This document shows positions 22,124-35,430 of a stretch of DNA of 64,000 nt, in pieces. Both the position numbers and the translations under genes were made by a program. Each line of letters begins with the position of its first letter. Positions within the stretch are counted from its first letter, which is position 1. The DNA comes from Azolla caroliniana (taxonomy: Eukaryota; Plantae; Polypodiophyta): positions 11,780,001-11,844,000 of the forward strand of contig JBHGNT010000012.1 in the NCBI GenBank assembly GCA_043228905.1. Reading direction: 5' to 3'. The notes under the pieces are model-generated. The model was not told the origin of the DNA and did not search any database. It saw only the letters and a program-made list of their open reading frames with translations.

Positions 22124-25100
22124 CCTCAGAGAGTATCGTGTGCATCTATTTGAGGCAATCGGCTCCTATTCGGCTCCTCGTTCGGCTGACTGTCTTCTTC
22201 CGATCGGCTCTCCTTGTGTGTGTGTCGGAAATCTTGTCTCAACTAACCCCCAATGTGCCTTAGTCGGCTTTTGACTTTATTGACTATCTACTCGATTGAC
22301 TGGTTCGTATCCGAGATCAGTTGGATTGACTGATGTTCGATTTGGCCAATCATGAACTGAACTTGAATTGGCAATTGGGGCCCATTTTTGGTGTACTAGA
22401 AGGCCTACCGTGTCTTCTCTATCTCCCAGTCGGAAATTGTCTTCTCTTCCATAAAGACAATATCTTTGTTCCTAATCAACGTCTTGTCGATTAGATCCCA
22501 CAGTCGATAGCCGAATTTTTCTTCGCCGTACCCCAGGAAAATACATGGCCAAGACTTAGGATCCAATTTCCCCCTTTGGTCCTTGGCAACATGCACATAT
22601 GCAAGGCAACTGAACACCCTCAGATGTAGGCAGGACACCCTCAGTGGGATATCACCATCTAAGGGTACCGAGGGAGACCTGTTTATGACATCGATGACCG
22701 TCAGCAACGCTGTCGCGTTGTTACGCGCGTGCGTGGAGAAAGGAGGGACCACGGGGGTCTTGGACTAGGGAGTAGAGGAGAAGGAATCGGACATGGAATG
22801 GAAGCCTTGCTCAAGAAGGAGAAGAATGAACAAGAGATTAACTCGAATAAGAGGAAGATGGAGACAAGAAGATCAACAAGATATATTAAAACGAAATGAA
22901 CGATTACAAAACGGTGGCCGCGTAGGCCGCACCAAACGACTACTCGAAACCCTAACCCTAACCCTAACGCTTGACCTACGTGGTATACCTCGCACACTCA
23001 AAATAGGCAACCCCCACAATGGTGCCTTCTCTCTCCTTTTATAGCACAAGGAGGGAAGACCGCTTACAAAGGTGAGACTAAAATATCCCCTTTCATTCAA
23101 AGGGGATATTTGCCTTGATTTGGGGGAGGGTGAGATTGATGGCCCCTTAACTCCCACCTCCTCACAAACAACTAGGTACCTATGTATCACATAGTACCTC
23201 TCTCTCTCTCTCTCTCTCTCACGTGGATGTGCGTACAACCACATCACCTTTATACTATTACAAATACATTATGTACGTGTGCAACGTTGCACATCGCTCT
23301 TTGGCTCTCGTTGCTCGGGTTTCCGCTTGTGAACGAAAATCTTCACGACATCCGCCCCCACCTAACTGCACATCCTCCGGTATGTGCCAAAACATAGGGG
23401 AGAGAACACGAGATTTTCGGCCACGATGACCGGCCGAGTCCTTAGCGTTCTCGTGGGCCTGCCCGGCTTTGTCTTCCACTTCGAGCAAGACCACCCCGTC
23501 CACACGAACCACCGCCGCCTTCCGGCCCACCATCCTCGCCGAATGGTCTCGAACCGTCGGCGCCATCCGATCCGCCACACTCGACGATGTTCGCCGAATC
23601 GTTGCCTCCACCCGATCCGCCACGTCCACCGTGGGTCCTCGAACCACCGACTACATCCGACCCGCCGTATCCGATGCCCGTGCTTTCCTCCCCGTTCGGT
23701 CCTCCCGAACGCCGTCGCCGACCCGGTTGCTCTTCCTTTGTCCGCCTTGTATATCCTCCGGATGCGCTCCCGGTCGCATGCCGGATTCCGCCCTTTGCGT
23801 GCCGCACACCTCGGCGTGCCGACTCTCTCCGCTCCGCGCTTGCCTTCCATAGGCTTTCCCCGTATGTCGATGTTGCCCTCCGAATGCGTGCTCGTGCTTC
23901 GGTCCTTCGATGACCCCATCATGCGTTTTTCGCTTTCCCCTTTTTCGCTTTCCCCTTTTTCGCCGTGCTCTCTCGTAGTAGAGCGTATCGTCATCCTGAC
24001 CTCCGTGTCGGTTTCCCTCGAGGCTCTCGTTATCAGCTCGCCTCGACTTGCGCCCTCTTGGCTCTCTTGGCCTTGTATGCCCTCCGGGAAGCCGTCGCGC
24101 TTTCTCTTCCCGGTGTGTACCCCGTTGTTCTCCGCGCATCTCCTCCGCTTTCCTAGATAGATACGACTCTCCGCTCATGCCGATCGCGCTCGGCCCATGT
24201 CGTCGATCTTGGTGTTTCGCCGCGCCGTCCTTCGTCCCGCCCTTGCCTCTCGAAGGCTTGACCTGACCGTCATCGTTGGTCAATCGTTGTCGCCCATCCG
24301 CCGTATGCATGCTTGTGTCTTGGCCCTCCACCAGCCGTATTGCATGCGTCTCGTGTCGTGCTTCCGGCGTAGACCCGACCTCCGCGTCGGTCTCCAACTC
24401 CTCGCCGCCACCCACTGTCTCTCCGGTCTCACGTTGATCCGCAACCGCCGAAGTCTCTAGAATGGGTGTGGAAGGTCCCTCTCGCTCTCAATCTTCTAGC
24501 AAGCCGTGATCACCGTGCCCACTAGGCCTCCTTCTCGCTCTCACCGGCTCCCACCGTAACCATACCCGACCGGCTACGAATTGATCAAACAATCCGAGTC
24601 TTGCCGGCTTCCTTCGGTTTGGGCCCGGTTGACCGGCCCCCGCTTCACTCTTCTTCCGCTCCGCCTCCCGGCCGGGTCGGGTTACCGACCGGCTCATCTT
24701 TCGGTCGGGTTGATTCCCGACTCGCTCCTCGATGCCGCTCCGGACCTCTCCTTCGGTCTTTTTGCACGTGCCCACTCCGGGCCTCTCATCTTCACTGCCA
24801 CCGCCCATCTCCCCGGTCTTATGTCCGCGCTCGGGCGCAACCGCCGAAGTCTCCGGCCCCGGTGTCGAGGGATCTCGCCTCCGTCCGCTACAAACCTCCT
24901 CTTCGTCATTTCGGTTGCTCGCCTTGCCGCCGCCACCGTCCGTTTTTCTAGGTCTCACACCGGCTCTCGGGCCGGTTGCCGGAGTCTCTAGGACCGGTGT
25001 GTGGAAGGTCGCGGCACCGCCGCTCGTCTCCTCTTCTTCCTCGGTTTCGCAAGCCTCGAGTATGCTCGCGAAATCCTCGTAGAACGTTTCGGGCAACCGC

Positions 25101-28100
25101 GTCCTGAAACTTTCGCCCACTCTCGAAGTGGCGTCCTTTGCTCCGTAGATATCGGCCTCATCCATGGTTGTCCTCTTTCCACAAGTCCAGAGGGTCGCTC
25201 GCTCCGCACCCTCTCCCACATCGTCGTCGTGGTTGTCCGCCTTGCCGCCGCCACCGTTCATTACCCTAAGTCTCATGCGGGCACTCGGGCCGGCCGCCGG
25301 GGTCTCTTGAACCGGTGCGTGTAAGGTAGCAACGCCGCCGCTCGTCGATGCTATGCCCGTAGCCACCTCCATTCGGACATCGTTGTCCGTGGCTACCCCG
25401 CCTCCGTATATGCAAGCATCAATTATGCTTGCCGCCTCCTCTTCCACGGTCTCCTTACCGTTGTCTTGGTTGCCCGCCTTGCCGCCGCCACCGCCCGTCG
25501 CTCTAGGTCTCACGTCGGCAATCGGGCCGACCGCCAGTGCCTCTAGGGCCGGTGTGTGTAAGGTCGCGGCACCGCCGCTTGTCTCCTCCTCCCTCGATGT
25601 TTCAGGCCGCCATGTCCCGAATCCGTAGTTACCGGCCTTCATGGCCGTCCATTCGCCGCAAGACGAGAGAGTTGCTCTTTTCGCACCCTCTCCCATGTCA
25701 CCATCGTACGCTCTCCCGGCCTCCGTATAGGCCCCCGTCTTCTACGTCTAGGGAGGCTTCTTCCTCCGCATCCTCCGATCGCCTCCGGCCCGTCTCCATA
25801 ACAAGCCCTTCTTCGGCTCCGATTTTCGCCTTTACAAGCTCGCATGCCTCCCGTATTACCACCTCTAGGTCGAGCTCCTCTGAACCGTTTTGCGTTGAGC
25901 TCTCTTCCGGCGGTAGTGCATACCCACTCACCGCTCTCTCTTCTCCGCCGCTCGCGGGCCGTGTTGTGGCCGACCACCTCGCATCATGTTGCCGGCACCC
26001 CCACCGATCGAACTCATGCCGACCTCTTCCTTCCGGTTCCATGTACCCGTACACCTCCAATAGAGCTCCCTCGAAGGACTCCCATGACTCGTGAGCTTCT
26101 CGTAGCTCCTTGACGTCCTTGTGCACCGATACGGCCGCCACTCGCGGAAAATACTCTAGTCGCATCGCCTCGTCCACGCCCCCTTTCGCCATCTCGGCCT
26201 TGTAGGCTCCCAAAATTTTTAGGACCTCATTCCCATTGAACCGGCCGACTCGATCAACCACCCTTTCGACGGCTTGTTGAGCCGCATCTCGCTTCACCAT
26301 CTTCCGTATGGCTTCCATCACGATCTTTGCCATCATCTCCTCGAAGTCAAAGTCTTCTTCCATCTCCATGCTCCCTTGCTGCCCTTCACGTCGGGTTCAC
26401 CAAATATGTCGCGTTGTTACGCGCGTGCGTGGAGAAAGGAGGGACCACGGGGGTCTTGGACTAGGGAGTAGAGGAGAAGGAATCGGACATGGAATGGAAG
26501 CCTTGCTCAAGAAGGAGAAGAATGAACAAGAGATTAACTCGAATAAGAGGAAGATGGAGACAAGAAGATCAACAAGATATATTAAAACGAAATGAACGAT
26601 TACAAAACGGTGGCCGCGTAGGCCGCACCAAACGACTACTCGAAACCCTAACCCTAACCCTAACGCTTGACCTACGTGGTATACCTCGCACACTCAAAAT
26701 AGGCAACCCCCACAATGGTGCCTTATCTCTCCTTTTATAGCACAAGGAGGGAAGACCGCTTACAAAGGTGAGACTAAAATATCCCCTTTCATTCAAAGGG
26801 GATATTTGCCTTGATTTGGGGGAGGGTGAGATTGATGGCCCCTTAACTCCCACCTCCTCACAAACAACTAGGTACCTATGTACCGCATAGTACCTCTCTC
26901 TCTCTCTCTCTCACGTGGATGTGCGTACAACCACATCACCTTTATACTATTACAAATACATTATGTACGTGTGCAACGTTGCACATCGCTCTTTGGCTCT
27001 CGTTGCTCAGGTTTCCTCTTGTGGACAAAAATCTTCACGACAACGCCTCAACCTAATAGGTTTTGGACAAATTTTCATGCGCCAACATAAATTAGACCCT
27101 TTCCATCACTGTCTGGTTCATCCTTTTGTCCAGCCCGCTTAACTCAAGCGTCTTCGGCACTATATACTCTAACCAAATACCTTGTAATCAGCAGTATTCT
27201 TTGAACTGCCCTCTGTACTCGCCTCCATTGTCCATCTGGATTGCCTTCAACTTTTGCCCAGATTCCCTTTCAGTCTCGGCCTGAAACCCCTTGAACACGC
27301 TCGGTACTTGATCCTTTGATTTTAACACGTAAGCCCACAACTTACGACTATAATCATTAATGAAGGTTACGAAGTACTATCCACCGGAATGAGATCTTGC
27401 ATCTACATAGCATACATCAATGTGTACAAGTTCCAAGGCATTCTTTCTTCGCATCGAGGGCCTAGGGCGAAAAACAATCCCTATTTTGTTTGTCGGCTAG
27501 GTAATCAACACATTTTTCTAGATGCACATTTTTCATCTCCAGTAGGAGATCTTTCTTATCTAGCATTTGCATCCTCGTTTGACTCATATGGCATAAACTC
27601 TACATTCGTGCATGCAATACATACAATGTATTTTGCTTCTTGCCCTGAGCCACAATTAAGTTCCCCTAGCAGAATTTCTAGATTCCATTATGGAAGCTAC
27701 CATTGTAGCCCTCATCGTCCAACCATCCAGTCAATATAAGATTCAGGCTAATATCTGGTACATGGCGCATGGCCTTGAGTACCATTCTGCAACTTATCGA
27801 TGTCAGCAAACTCTCCGAAATCTTCTTCGGTTCAGCAATGTACAACTCCCCCTTTGTCCTTCTGATAGTGTCAATAGTTCTTCTAGAAGTTCCTTGGCTT
27901 CCCACAGTAGAAGCATGTGGAACTTTTCTCTATGGGGGTCTCTCTGCAAGCCCCTCCCTCTCCTAGGGTCTTCTTCTACTATTAGGGCCTTCTAGTCAGG
28001 GGTAGTGTCTTTGTCCTTTCATAGAGCTTCTTAGTTTAGTAAGCTTGACTCTAGGACATCTAAAGTCAGTTGTTTCCCATGTGGTGCAAAGACTCCTAAG

Positions 28101-29275
28101 GTCACCACAAGGGTTTCCTAGCTGTCTGGAAGGGAGCCGATCAACAACAAGGCTAGTACCTAGTCGACCAGAGGTACTTCGAGGGAGATTGTTTTATTTA
28201 CGAGCCCTTGAAAGGCATTTAGGTGGTCGGCCATGCTCAACATCCTAGTATCTCAACCTCACAATCTTTATAAAGACTGAGACTCGATTCAATGTGCTTT
28301 TCGTTTTAAACATGCTCTCAATCTTCTTCTAGAGCACATCCGCCTTTGTCTCATCATTAAAGTTGTTATATAGACTCGTGTCTATAAAACACCTTATGTA
28401 TACGGCTGCATTGAGATGCATGGCTTCCCAAACCAGTGTATCTATCTTGTTTGGCTTGGCACTGCCGTATTGGACCGATAGCCACAGATCCTTGCACATT
28501 AGCATGTCTCTCATCTTGGACATCCGAACTGAGTAGTTTGGACTAGTCAACTTGAGCATCCTGCCAAGTTATTTGTCCATATTTCACTCTAATACTAGTT
28601 TGTTGGGAAAATCGACGAATATAGGATAAAAGACAAAGAGACAAGATATGAAACAAAGAAAAATAAACACAAGTACACCAGAATTTATCATGGAAAACCC
28701 TAACGGGAAAAACCACGGGAGGACTCTGAAACAACTTCACTATGAGTGGATATACAAAGTGTTCTTCCCTGACGTACATGGTTATTACATGTTGGGTGGA
28801 ACAACTTCACTATGAGTGGATATACAAAGTGTTATTCCTTGACGTATAGGGGTTATTACATGTTATTACAAGCTCAACATGGGCTGAACCTGTTGGATAA
28901 GCCAGTAGGTCAGACCGGAATCGATCTGGTTGGCTAGGCCCACTTTCCGAACCAAATGTTGGATTGGATGATGAAGCCAGATATTGGAGTCAAATGACAA
29001 AGCCGGATGTCGGATCCGGACTGGATGACGAAACGTCACACGTGCCGACATGTCCTGTTCTATTAAATAGGTCCAACATAGGAAATTAGTGTCAGATGCT
29101 CTTTTAAGAGCATTGAAGTATATGCCAGTACTTCTTAACAGCCTGGACAGATGGGCTTGTATATATAAAGTGCACATAAGCAATATGTAAAAAACTGAGC
29201 ACTATGTAATAGAATTTTTTGTTGTTTGGTCTCACTCAAAAAATGAGGTGAGCACCTCGAAACCAAATGAGGTGT
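22124..29275 (-). mobile_element. Degenerate copia (gag, integrase, 5' LTR starting at 28601), split by later insertions
   Basis: MLKLTSPNYSV..KMRDML gag and HLRVFSCLAYVHVAKDQRGKLDPK integrase C-terminus. The frame VEALLTVIDVINRSP is restored when 22711-27046 is removed. Confidence 0.8.
22711..27042 (-). mobile_element. Non-autonomous gypsy element (tRNA-Trp PBS, 4-bp TSD), gag fragment plus GC-rich repetitive ORF, no pol
   Basis: Near-identical LTRs 22711-23350 and 26407-27042, TSD ACGC, PBS TGGTGAACCCGACGTGAA at 26402-26385, PPT TGGGGGCGGA at 23360-23351. Confidence 0.92.
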
Positions 29276-29358
29276 TGTCACAAAAAATACTAAGACAAAG
29301 AGGGACTTAGTACTAAAAGATGCAAATTAGTACTAAAAGAGAGAAAAGGGTGTAGAAC

Positions 29359-29400
<42 letters not shown>

Positions 29401-32115
29401 TGATAACAAAAGACATATTATATTATATGAAGAGTAAGTACAAGAATAGATATGAGGCTTTAGACTGGTGTTAAACATATTTGGTTTGAAATAGTGCCTT
29501 GTGCCTCCTTTTATAGTGTTTTCAGGAGTACTCTTGAAGTTTCTAGAATGTTCTAGAGAAATCTGGAAATATACATCAATTTTCTATAGTGAAATAATAA
29601 ATGAAAATAACATCCTTCATATTACAATATATAGTCTAATGGCAAGGGCTCGACCCATGTAACATAAGGTTCTGGGTTCGAATCTTGTCATATCATGACA
29701 CTATCATGTTACGATTCATTTTGGATTGAGGACTTGGTTTGTCTGGATATTGATGATGGAAGTCTTCAAGAAGAGCACGAGCATTGGTCACATTCTCTAT
29801 TGGTTCCCAAGTACGCTCGCTAGGGGTATATCCTAGCCAATCGACTAGATAGTAGAGCTTGTTGTGAACAATCTTGGAATCGAGGATGGCGGCAACCTTG
29901 TACTCAGGTCCATCTTCAAGTTCGATCGAAGGTGGAGGTGGTTTGATATGACCTGGGATAGTGCTGTCCTGATAGGGTTCTAGAAGAGAACTATGAAATA
30001 CCGGATGTATCCGTAGTTACGGAGGTAGATTGAGACGAAAAGCGACATCATTAATTTTTCCGATAATACGGAAAGGACCCAATCATCGATAATCCATTTT
30101 ATTGCATGGGGGAGTAGTCTTGATGTGTCGTCATAATAGCCATACCCAATCTCGAATGTTAAAACTGGATGGAAGCCGATGACGATCCGCATAATCCTTG
30201 TGTGTTTGGTGAGCTTGTTGTAAATGAGTAGATAAATCCGCTTGTATCTTGCGTAATCGCTCCAAACGATCCTCTGCACAAGGATTTGTGGGTAACTCCG
30301 GAGTTTCGAATACACACCACCGGGGACGATAGCCTGTATAAGCATAAAATGGTGTAATCTTAGTCGATGAGTGGACAGAGTTATTATACGCAAATTCAGT
30401 GAAGTGGAGAATATCCACCAAGTCATCTTGGTGATAGCTTAGAAAACACCGAAGATAATGTTCCAGCGTTTGATTTGTTCGTTCTGCCTGTTTGTCTGTT
30501 TGCGGGTGGTAGCCGGAGGAGAGGTTACAAGTGACTTTGATCATTTTGAAGAGGTGCTTCCAGAATTTTGGGATGAACTGGGGTCCACTGTCGCTGATGA
30601 TACTATCAGGGAGGCCATGATGCCGACATACCTCATGCATGACAGTTTCGGCGGTTTCTTCACTAGTGATTTCCTTAGTACATGGCAATAAATGGACCTG
30701 GACCATCTTTGTATATCGATCTACAATTGCTAAGATCACATCGAATGCCTTAGAAACTGTGATGAAATCTAGAGCAATGGATTGTCACGACTTGCTTGGA
30801 ATTAGTAATGGTTCTAATAAACCATATGGATGATGTCTTGGTATCTTTGCTCTACAACATGTGTCACATGTCCGAACATAATCTTCGATAAATCGTCACA
30901 TATGGGCCACCAGCATGATTGTTGTACTAAATCTAACGTTTTAGTACTACCAAAATGCCCAGCTATATATGTGTCATGACAACTTTGGACTACTCGAAGG
31001 CAACAAGAACCATTAGGAACATACAAGAGCTTCTTAAAGAATAGTAATCCATCATGACATTTGAATTGTCAATAATCCGTACATGGTTGTTGCGACTGTG
31101 AACAAGACGCCCGAGGGGGATCAATTTGTTCTAGAATGGCTTGAGCAAAAGCATCAGTCTCCAAGTCCTCACGTATGGTATCGATAATGTGGGAATCCAA
31201 TGGCATATCAAAAGCCCGCGTTGCTTGCAGTTGTGCCAGTCCTAGGATTACTTGCTTTTGGTTATCGAATGTTGGCTCACCGCCGCGATAACGCATCTGC
31301 CTTCCCTTGCTGCTTCCCAAGACGATATGTAATTTTGAAGTCGAAACAAGTGAGGAATTGGGCCCACCAAGCTTGACGTCGATTTAATACACGAGCATTC
31401 TGGAAGTAGGCAAGATTTTTGTGATCACTGAATACAGTGACTTGATGAGAAGATCCCTCTAGAAAATGCCTCCATTGCGTAAAAGAGTCCACTATTGCTA
31501 ATAGCTCCTTATCATGAATTTCATAGTTGATTTCGGCGGCGTCAAACTTGCATGAGTGGAAAGCCACAGGATGTAGCTTTTCATCATCGCCTTGTTGTGA
31601 AAAAATGCTACCCAAGGCGAAATCCGACGCGTCTGCCTCAATGATGAAAGGTTTTGCTAAATCAAGATGAGCTAGAATAGGAGCTGATGTGAATGCCTTC
31701 TTAAGACTCTCAAAAGCCATGTTCGCTTCTTTAGACCAAACAAACGATTGCCCCTTCTTGGTAAGTTGTGTGAGAGGCAGAATAAGCTTTGAGTAGTCCG
31801 GTATAAACTTGTAGTAAAAATTGGCAAAGCCTAAAAAGCGTTGACCTTAGCTGGATCCATAGAGATGCTTTCCGAGGAGATTGACATCGCCCAGAAATTC
31901 CACTTGGTTGCACTCGAAACTACATTTTCTAGTTTTGCATAAAGACCTTGTTCTCGAAGCCGTTTTAGTACTAACAGTACATGAGAATCATGCTCTTCTT
32001 GGGTCTTCAAATAAACCAGTAGATCATCCAAATAGATGATCAAACAAACATCTAGGAGATCTCAGAATATATCATTCGCCATGTGCTGGAAGACTGCTGG
32101 TGCATTGGTGAGACC

Positions 32116-32812
32116 TGTTAGGAAACAGGTCCCTCCGGATGGGAAGTAAGAAGAACAGTGCTGATGAGAATCTCGGCCGAGGCCGATAGCCGAAACCGGA
32201 TGAAGAGTACCCGGCTGCGGAAGACTCGGTGAGAACCGGATGTGGTGTACCCGGCAAGCGCCGAATGAGGAGTACCCGGCTACGGAGGACCCGGTGAGAA
32301 CCGGATGAGGAGTACCCGGCAAGAGCCGGATGGTGAATGCCCCGTGAGAAGTGCTCACCGGATGAAGGGACATATTTGTAAATATGTTTCTGAGAGTCCA
32401 TCGGGGCTATATTTGTAAATAGCCGAAAAGTCATATTAGTATAAATATGACTTAGGGCAAACTTTGTAGTAAGTTGTTGGCATTCTTGTTGGTGAAAGAC
32501 TAGAGAGCACGTAACAGTGTACAGAGAGAGAGAGAGAGGAAGAGGTCGTTGCCTCTGTTGTAACTGCCGCCTGTGGTGACGAAAGTGAGCACGAGGTCGT
32601 TGCCTCCGTGAGCTCACTGTTGTAATCATTGTGATATAGTGATAGTTTGGAGTTTGTGGACCCCCGTGGTTTTTCCCTCTCAGGGTTTTCCACGTTAAAC
32701 ATCCTGTGTACTCTTCTCTCCTTTGTGTCGTGTGTTCATACCCCATTTTCTGTGTTTGATTCTAAGCTCGGTTGTGGCCGAGTGTTACGTATGGAGCGTG
32801 TAGTTCCTGTCA
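32116..32812 (+). mobile_element. Copia solo LTR (family of 57665-58496) inserted in chromovirus RT
   Basis: TG..CA termini, perfect TSD AGACC, homologous to the LTRs at 57665 and 63193. Confidence 0.92.
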
Positions 32813-35129
32813 AGACCGAATGACATGACCGTATACTCGAAGTGCCCATATCTGGTGCGAAACGCGGTCTTCCATTCATCTCCTGGTCAGATCCATACGA
32901 GGTTATATGCTCCTCGTAAGTCTATCTTTGTGAAGAGCCTTGCACCATTGATCCGTGCTAAATGACTTGAGATAAGGGGGATTGCATACCTATTCTTGAT
33001 GGTGACCTTATTCAAGCCACAGTAATCTACGACAAGACGAAGTGATCCATCCTTTTTCTTCACAAAGAAAATGGGTGAGCCGACTGGATATTTCAAATGT
33101 CGAATAAAACCATTTGCCAAGTTCTCCTCTATATAGGCTCGAAGAACTTCTAGCTCGGTTGATGACAAGTTGTAGATCGGGCCCCATGGTGACACTTTTC
33201 CCGGTTGTAAATCAATGGGGCAATCATACGGTCGGTGGTGAGGAAGCGTATTGGCTTGTACCTTATCGAACACATCGGCATAATAACGATACTTCTCTAG
33301 AAGTTGTACTGTGGATTTCTCTTTAGGGGAAGGTTTTACTGATACTACGAAGAAAAACATTGCTTCCTTGTGTCCTTCCTCACACAATTGATGTAGCGAA
33401 ATGGTTGCAATCCTATGAGTAGATCCCCGGATTTCTCTTGTTCTCCAATCTGTGTCTAGGTTATGTAATTCAAACCATGGTAACCCCAAGACAATTGAAT
33501 GGTCTGGACTACTAATTATATTAAATGATACTACACACACCAAGTTATCTAGGACAACCTAAATCGGCTCTAACTTTTCTACGATTTTTCCAGAAGCAAT
33601 GGGAAGACCATCAATAATTACTACAGATGTTGGGCAAGAAAGATTTCTTAGGGATATCTAATGAGCTTGGGCAAAATTCCTATCCATAAAGCAAGAATTG
33701 GCTCTGGAATCTAAGAGTGCTAAGACATGTACTGGAGGAATACGTTTAGTACTAACCATTACTTGAGCTAAGAACACATTGCTAACTTGCTTAGAGGATT
33801 TGGAACCACTAATGTGTTGCATAGATCTAGGGTTCTCCAACCAAACGGCTCCAATTTTGGTTGGACTTAATCGTTTAACTCTTCTTCTAGTTGACTAAGG
33901 ATTTCAAAATTGTTTGAAAGGCTTTGGCTATTAGTACTATAAGGACAATCAGATATTCCTACTGAAATAGACTCGAGTTTAGTACAATTAGAACTAGCAA
34001 CTATTCGGTTTACCTGTCTACTTGGCCTATGGGGACAACTCACCGCAATAGAGACATAGTTGATTTGCCTGGCGTCACTCGCTGCTTTTCCTCTTCAGAT
34101 AATGGTCCGCGACGACGTGTGGTGTCGATTTCCATCGGAGTTGGAGTATTTGCTAGAGACACATTATATGACTCCCTGGGAAAAGGTTTAGCTACAATTG
34201 AGGCGTAGGTGGGCTCTGATCTTATCCTTGGCATCTAGAACTGACATTTCCAACGTCGTTCGAAAAGGAGGTTATCGTATCGCACCCCGCGACTAATTGC
34301 TTCTGTCAATGACTTTGGCTCTTCGGGGAAAGTTAAGAGTAAATCCTTGACATCATTATGTAGGCCAAAAAGAAATTGCTCCATTAATGCCTGGTCATCT
34401 CAGGGAATATCGGTGGCGAGAAGAGGGAAATCCGCAGCATAAGCCGAGGCCGGCCGCTCACCTTGGCGCAATCTTCGGATTTTGTTGATTCTCGTCCTAA
34501 CACTGTTGGTATCTCCAAAATAGGCTTTAAACTCGCAAATAAACTCTTCGAAATTATTTAACAAGGGAGAGTTTTTTTCTAACAAGGGGGCGAACCATGC
34601 CAAAGTCATGCCACTAAGTAGCGTACCTACTAGTCCCACTTGTGATGCATCAGTGGGATATCAAGAAAGATGCATTTGAATCACTAAGCGTGCCTGATTA
34701 AGAAAACCTCTTAATTGTGATCGGGTCCCATCAAATTTCATAAGAAGTCTGATCTTGGGTTCTTTGTGAGTCCCTTGAGCGCTTGATCCTTGTTGTTGTA
34801 GTGATACAATTGTCACTCCTCGTGTTGTTTTTCTAAAGCTATTTGTTGAAGATCCCCCAACATACGGTGATTTTCTTGTTCTAGTGCTACAAACTTCTCT
34901 TTTAAGCGCTGAAGCTCTGAGAAAACATATTGGTATTCCTGAGCGCTAACAATTGCCATTTTACCAGGGAGGATAAGAGGATTAGTATGAAAGGAAGGAG
35001 GGGTAAGAGGATGAGGGAAAATCGGTTCAAATTGTCAGGAACAGTACTAACTAAGATAGAGAGGGAATTAGTGCTAAAAGATATGAATTAGTACTAAGAG
35101 AGAACAAAGGGTGTAGAATTCACGAGAGA

Positions 35130-35197
<68 letters not shown>

Positions 35198-35430
35198 TGA
35201 GAACAAAAGATATATTATATTATATGAAGAGTAAATACAAGAATAGCTATGAGGCTTAAGAGTAGCGTTGAACCGATTTTGGTTCGAAATAATGCCTTAT
35301 GCCTCCTTTTATAGTGTTTTTAGGAGTACTCCTAAAGTTTCTAGAATGATGCAGAGAAATCTAGAAATATACATCAATTTTCTATAGTGAAATAATAAAT
35401 GAAAATAATATCCTTTGTATTACAATATAT

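Noticed and set aside
22947-22968. Interstitial telomere (CCCTAA)3, also at 26643
   Set aside because: Only three units, and part of the LTR in both copies. At most a telo-box-like motif.
23258-24415. Multiple overlapping long ORFs as real genes
   Set aside because: GC-rich internal region of a non-autonomous retroelement, with stop-poor frames on both strands and no domain motifs.
29632-29700. Functional tRNA gene
   Set aside because: No acceptor stem or proper cloverleaf. It is an LTR terminus and is reported only as tRNA-like boxes.
35132-35192. (GA)n microsatellites (also about 13308, 29363)
   Set aside because: Ordinary length-variable GA tracts within LTRs.
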